Origin: Chrysomallon squamiferum
Lineage: Eukaryota > Animalia > Mollusca
Length of the DNA: 64,000 nucleotides
NCBI GenBank assembly: GCA_012295275.1
Contig: CM022673.1
Location: forward strand, 21,080,001 to 21,144,000
Direction of reading: 5' to 3'
The position numbers and the translations under genes were made by a program. This document shows, piece after piece, positions 61,132 to 64,000 of this stretch. Position 1 is the stretch's first letter; each line of letters begins with the position of its first letter. The notes under the pieces were generated by a model, which had not been told where the DNA came from, searched no databases, and was given only the letters and a program-made list of their open reading frames with translations.

Positions 61132-63978
61132 GAAAATGAAATAGTTTATGAATAGATTTTGTTGTGCCTTTAGTGATTTCTAGTTTTAGTAATAATGTTT
61201 AATATAAGTTCAAAAAGTATATTTTTTTCACTGTGTTTGCAGGACACAAAGTCATGGATTCCAGCAGTGACTGTTGGTGGACATTTTGATGCTGTACAAG
61301 ACATTGACTGGGATCCAAAATGTGGCGAGTTTCTCATCAGCTGTAGCCTTGATCAGACAACACGACTACATGCTCCGTGGGTAAAACCTGGCAGAGAGGT
61401 GAGTTGACTGGGTTCTTCTCAAATCATTTATTAAGTAATGTGACAGCTATTTCCATTACTTTGAAAACAAATAAATTGAAGTGAAGCTCTTACTGAATTC
61501 TTCAGTTACTTTATTTTTATAAATTGATTAAATAAATATTGTTTGTTTGTTTATTTTTTTATACAGAATAGCAATAAATCTAAGGAAAATAAAAAGGAAA
61601 TTTTTAATATAAAATCAAATATATTTTATGTTATTGCAGGTTTTCTTATATCAATCAGAGATATCATTTGGGCAGTGTTTACAGAGGTAGATTCGATAAA
61701 TTAAATTTCTTATAAAACAAATATCAAATTTATTTAGCCATAATGATATTCTATGAATAAAATTGATTGTTAAAATTAAAAGATAAAATGAAAATAATTC
61801 TGTCACCTTAGGTAAACTGGTACGAAATTGCTCGACCTCAGATACATGGGTACAACATGCAGTGTCTGTCTATGCTCAACAGGTACAAGTTTGTATCAGC
61901 TGCTGATGAGAAAGTTATACGAGTTTTTGATGCACCCAGAAATTTTATTGAAATCTTTTGTGACATTTGTCAAAAAAATCAAAACAAAGAGCTGCAGAGT
62001 GAGGTAACATTGACTGTGGTTTCAGTAAATCCTTTATTTTTAGTTTGAGATGAATTCCTTTGTCTTAATAAAACCTAGCCTGTTTATTTTAAATTACTTG
62101 AAATTGATTTTTAACAGCTTCTTTAAATGTTTTTATTAATTTTTCACTGGTGTTATTTCAGTTTTTTCCTATTTTATGACTCTCTGGATGTCATGCATTC
62201 AGTTCATGTGGAATGTTAAGCTATAATACTGTTTTTGAAGTATTTTTCTTTCAAACATATAAAACAAATTTTAAGATATACTTAGTTATTTTAATATATA
62301 TTTTTAAAAATTATTTTTATTATTATACATTTATTTCTTTTTTATATACATACTTTTTAGCCAAAGTAGAATTGAATCTACATTTGTCTAAACTATTTTT
62401 ATTGCTAACCAGGATGCTCAGAATCTGCCAGAGGGCGCTAGTGTGCCAGCTCTAGGATTATCTAACAAAGCAGTGTTCCAAGGCGTAAAACCAAATTTAA
62501 CTGAAGACTTGAAAATGTCTGTCAATTTGAACAATCAGTATGAAGAACTGTATTTTAAATCTGTGTCTACCAGTGGTGAGAAAAAGAAACTTATTCATTT
62601 GATGATTTATTGTGTTCTTCTTTAAGAACATCACTAATACAAGACATACAATAAATATAGTATTATTAAATTTAATATAATAACAAAACAGATACATTTG
62701 ACTTGTGATCAATATATGTAATGGCCATCTTGGCTGATATTCTTTTGATTTTGACATAGAAGATCAGTGGCATTTTAAATAAAGAACTTTTCTCAAGCTG
62801 ACAGCAACTATCAATACTGAAATATATTTATACTTGCCTCAGATACTCAGTATATTTTTTCCTTATTACATACAGTGTGTGAATTTAAATATATATATAT
62901 ATGTTGTACTGGCTTCCTGTTCAGATTAGTGATTTGAAGACTTTTTTCACTTACATAATCATACATACACTTGACAAAAATTACATATAAAACTGTATTT
63001 TATCAACTGTAGCTCCTCCTACAGAAGAAAACCTGTTACAGAACACTCTGTGGCCAGAATCTCAGAAACTGTATGGACATGGATATGAAGTGTTTTCTGT
63101 GGCCTGTGATCCTGCAGGGAAGATAGTAGCATCGTCTTGTAAAGTAAGACTGTAAAACACCCCTTGTACCAGACTCATCCCACTTATTTAATTACCAGTC
63201 AGAACCAAGCATTATCTTCTATGTACTTCTCTTTTCTTAAACAAAATATAAAAAAAAAAAAAAAATAAATAAATAAATAAATAAATCTTTTTTACATTTT
63301 AATATTTTAAACTGTTATTGATTGAATCTATGTAAAACCATATGATGTCTGTGGAACTTTAAGTTCTCCTTGACTCATTGTCATGAACAATTACTTTAAA
63401 ATAATTCTCTTGCACTATCACACTAATATTTCTGCCCTTAACTGACCAATAAATTTAAACTATTTTACAGGCAACCAATGCGGAGCACAGTAAGATAATT
63501 CTGTGGGATAGTTTGAGCTGGCAGCAGACTGGGACTCTGGAGGCTGCCACACTCACAGTTACACAAATAGCTTTCTCTCACAGTGGGCGCTACCTTCTCT
63601 CTGTGTCACGTGACAGAACATGGTCACTGTTCAGAAAACAACAACATTCAGGTAAAAACACTTCTCTTGATGACAGTGATGTTTTATTAAACCACTGTTA
63701 GTTGTTATGATTTTTAACTTGATGAAAATAGTTGATTCTTGTACAGCTGTTATAATTTTAGTTTCTAAGTAGTCATTTAAAAAAACAATTAAAATTTAAA
63801 AAAAAATAATAAAATAAAATAAAATTACCTAATGGATGGATCATGTGTTTCAACAGATTTTGAATTTGAGAAAATAGGATTTGTTGACAAGAAAACATCA
63901 TCACATTCCCGTATTATCTGGTCATGTGCATGGACAGAAGATGACAAATATTTCTTGACTGGATCAAGAGATAAAAAG
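56024..63978 (+). CDS. ELP2: Elongator complex protein 2 (WD40), 5' portion; continues past the window end
   Basis: Exons ~56024-56149, 56594-56699, 56991-57070, 57563-57741, 58138-58218, 58464-58528, 59020-59086, 59550-59717, 60148-60243, 60649-60752, 60931-61056, 61243-61398, 61812-62004, 62413-62575, 63013-63143, 63471-63651, 63857-63978. Diagnostic motifs: [133 protein letters not shown]. Confidence 0.96.
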
Positions 63979-64000
63979 GTAATAAAAAGCATTTTTACTA

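Noticed and set aside
63430-63470. U12-type branch point (CCTTAAC) in an ELP2 intron
   Set aside because: The donor of this intron is GTAAGA (U2-type), not RTATCCTT.

Overview
AT-rich, intron-rich metazoan DNA, most likely molluscan (gastropod-like). That assignment is an inference from repeat content and gene set. Four spliced genes can be reconstructed by hand with GT-AG junctions and phase-consistent exons: (1) an SLC23/NAT-family transporter with a nucleobase-type 'ENIG' motif (+, 12577-20492); (2) BARD1 (-, 27317-20916), convergent with it; (3) a HECW1/2 (NEDL)-type C2-WW-HECT E3 ligase (+, 30195-51199), head-to-head with BARD1; (4) ELP2 (+, 56024 to beyond the window end). The first 10 kb holds a degenerate F-type lectin + PAN/apple-like gene, scattered exon-like remnants, and a nested transposon: a hAT element carrying a 42-bp tandem array and a copy of nearby DNA, inserted in the TIR of a long-TIR foldback element. 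Two Tc1/mariner-superfamily elements, a 46-bp hairpin, minisatellites and many microsatellites lie in introns. I found no clearly new biological system. The best leads are a 39-codon uORF in frame with HECW, the nested TE, and the altered lectin. Exon coordinates were read by eye and may be off by a few bases.
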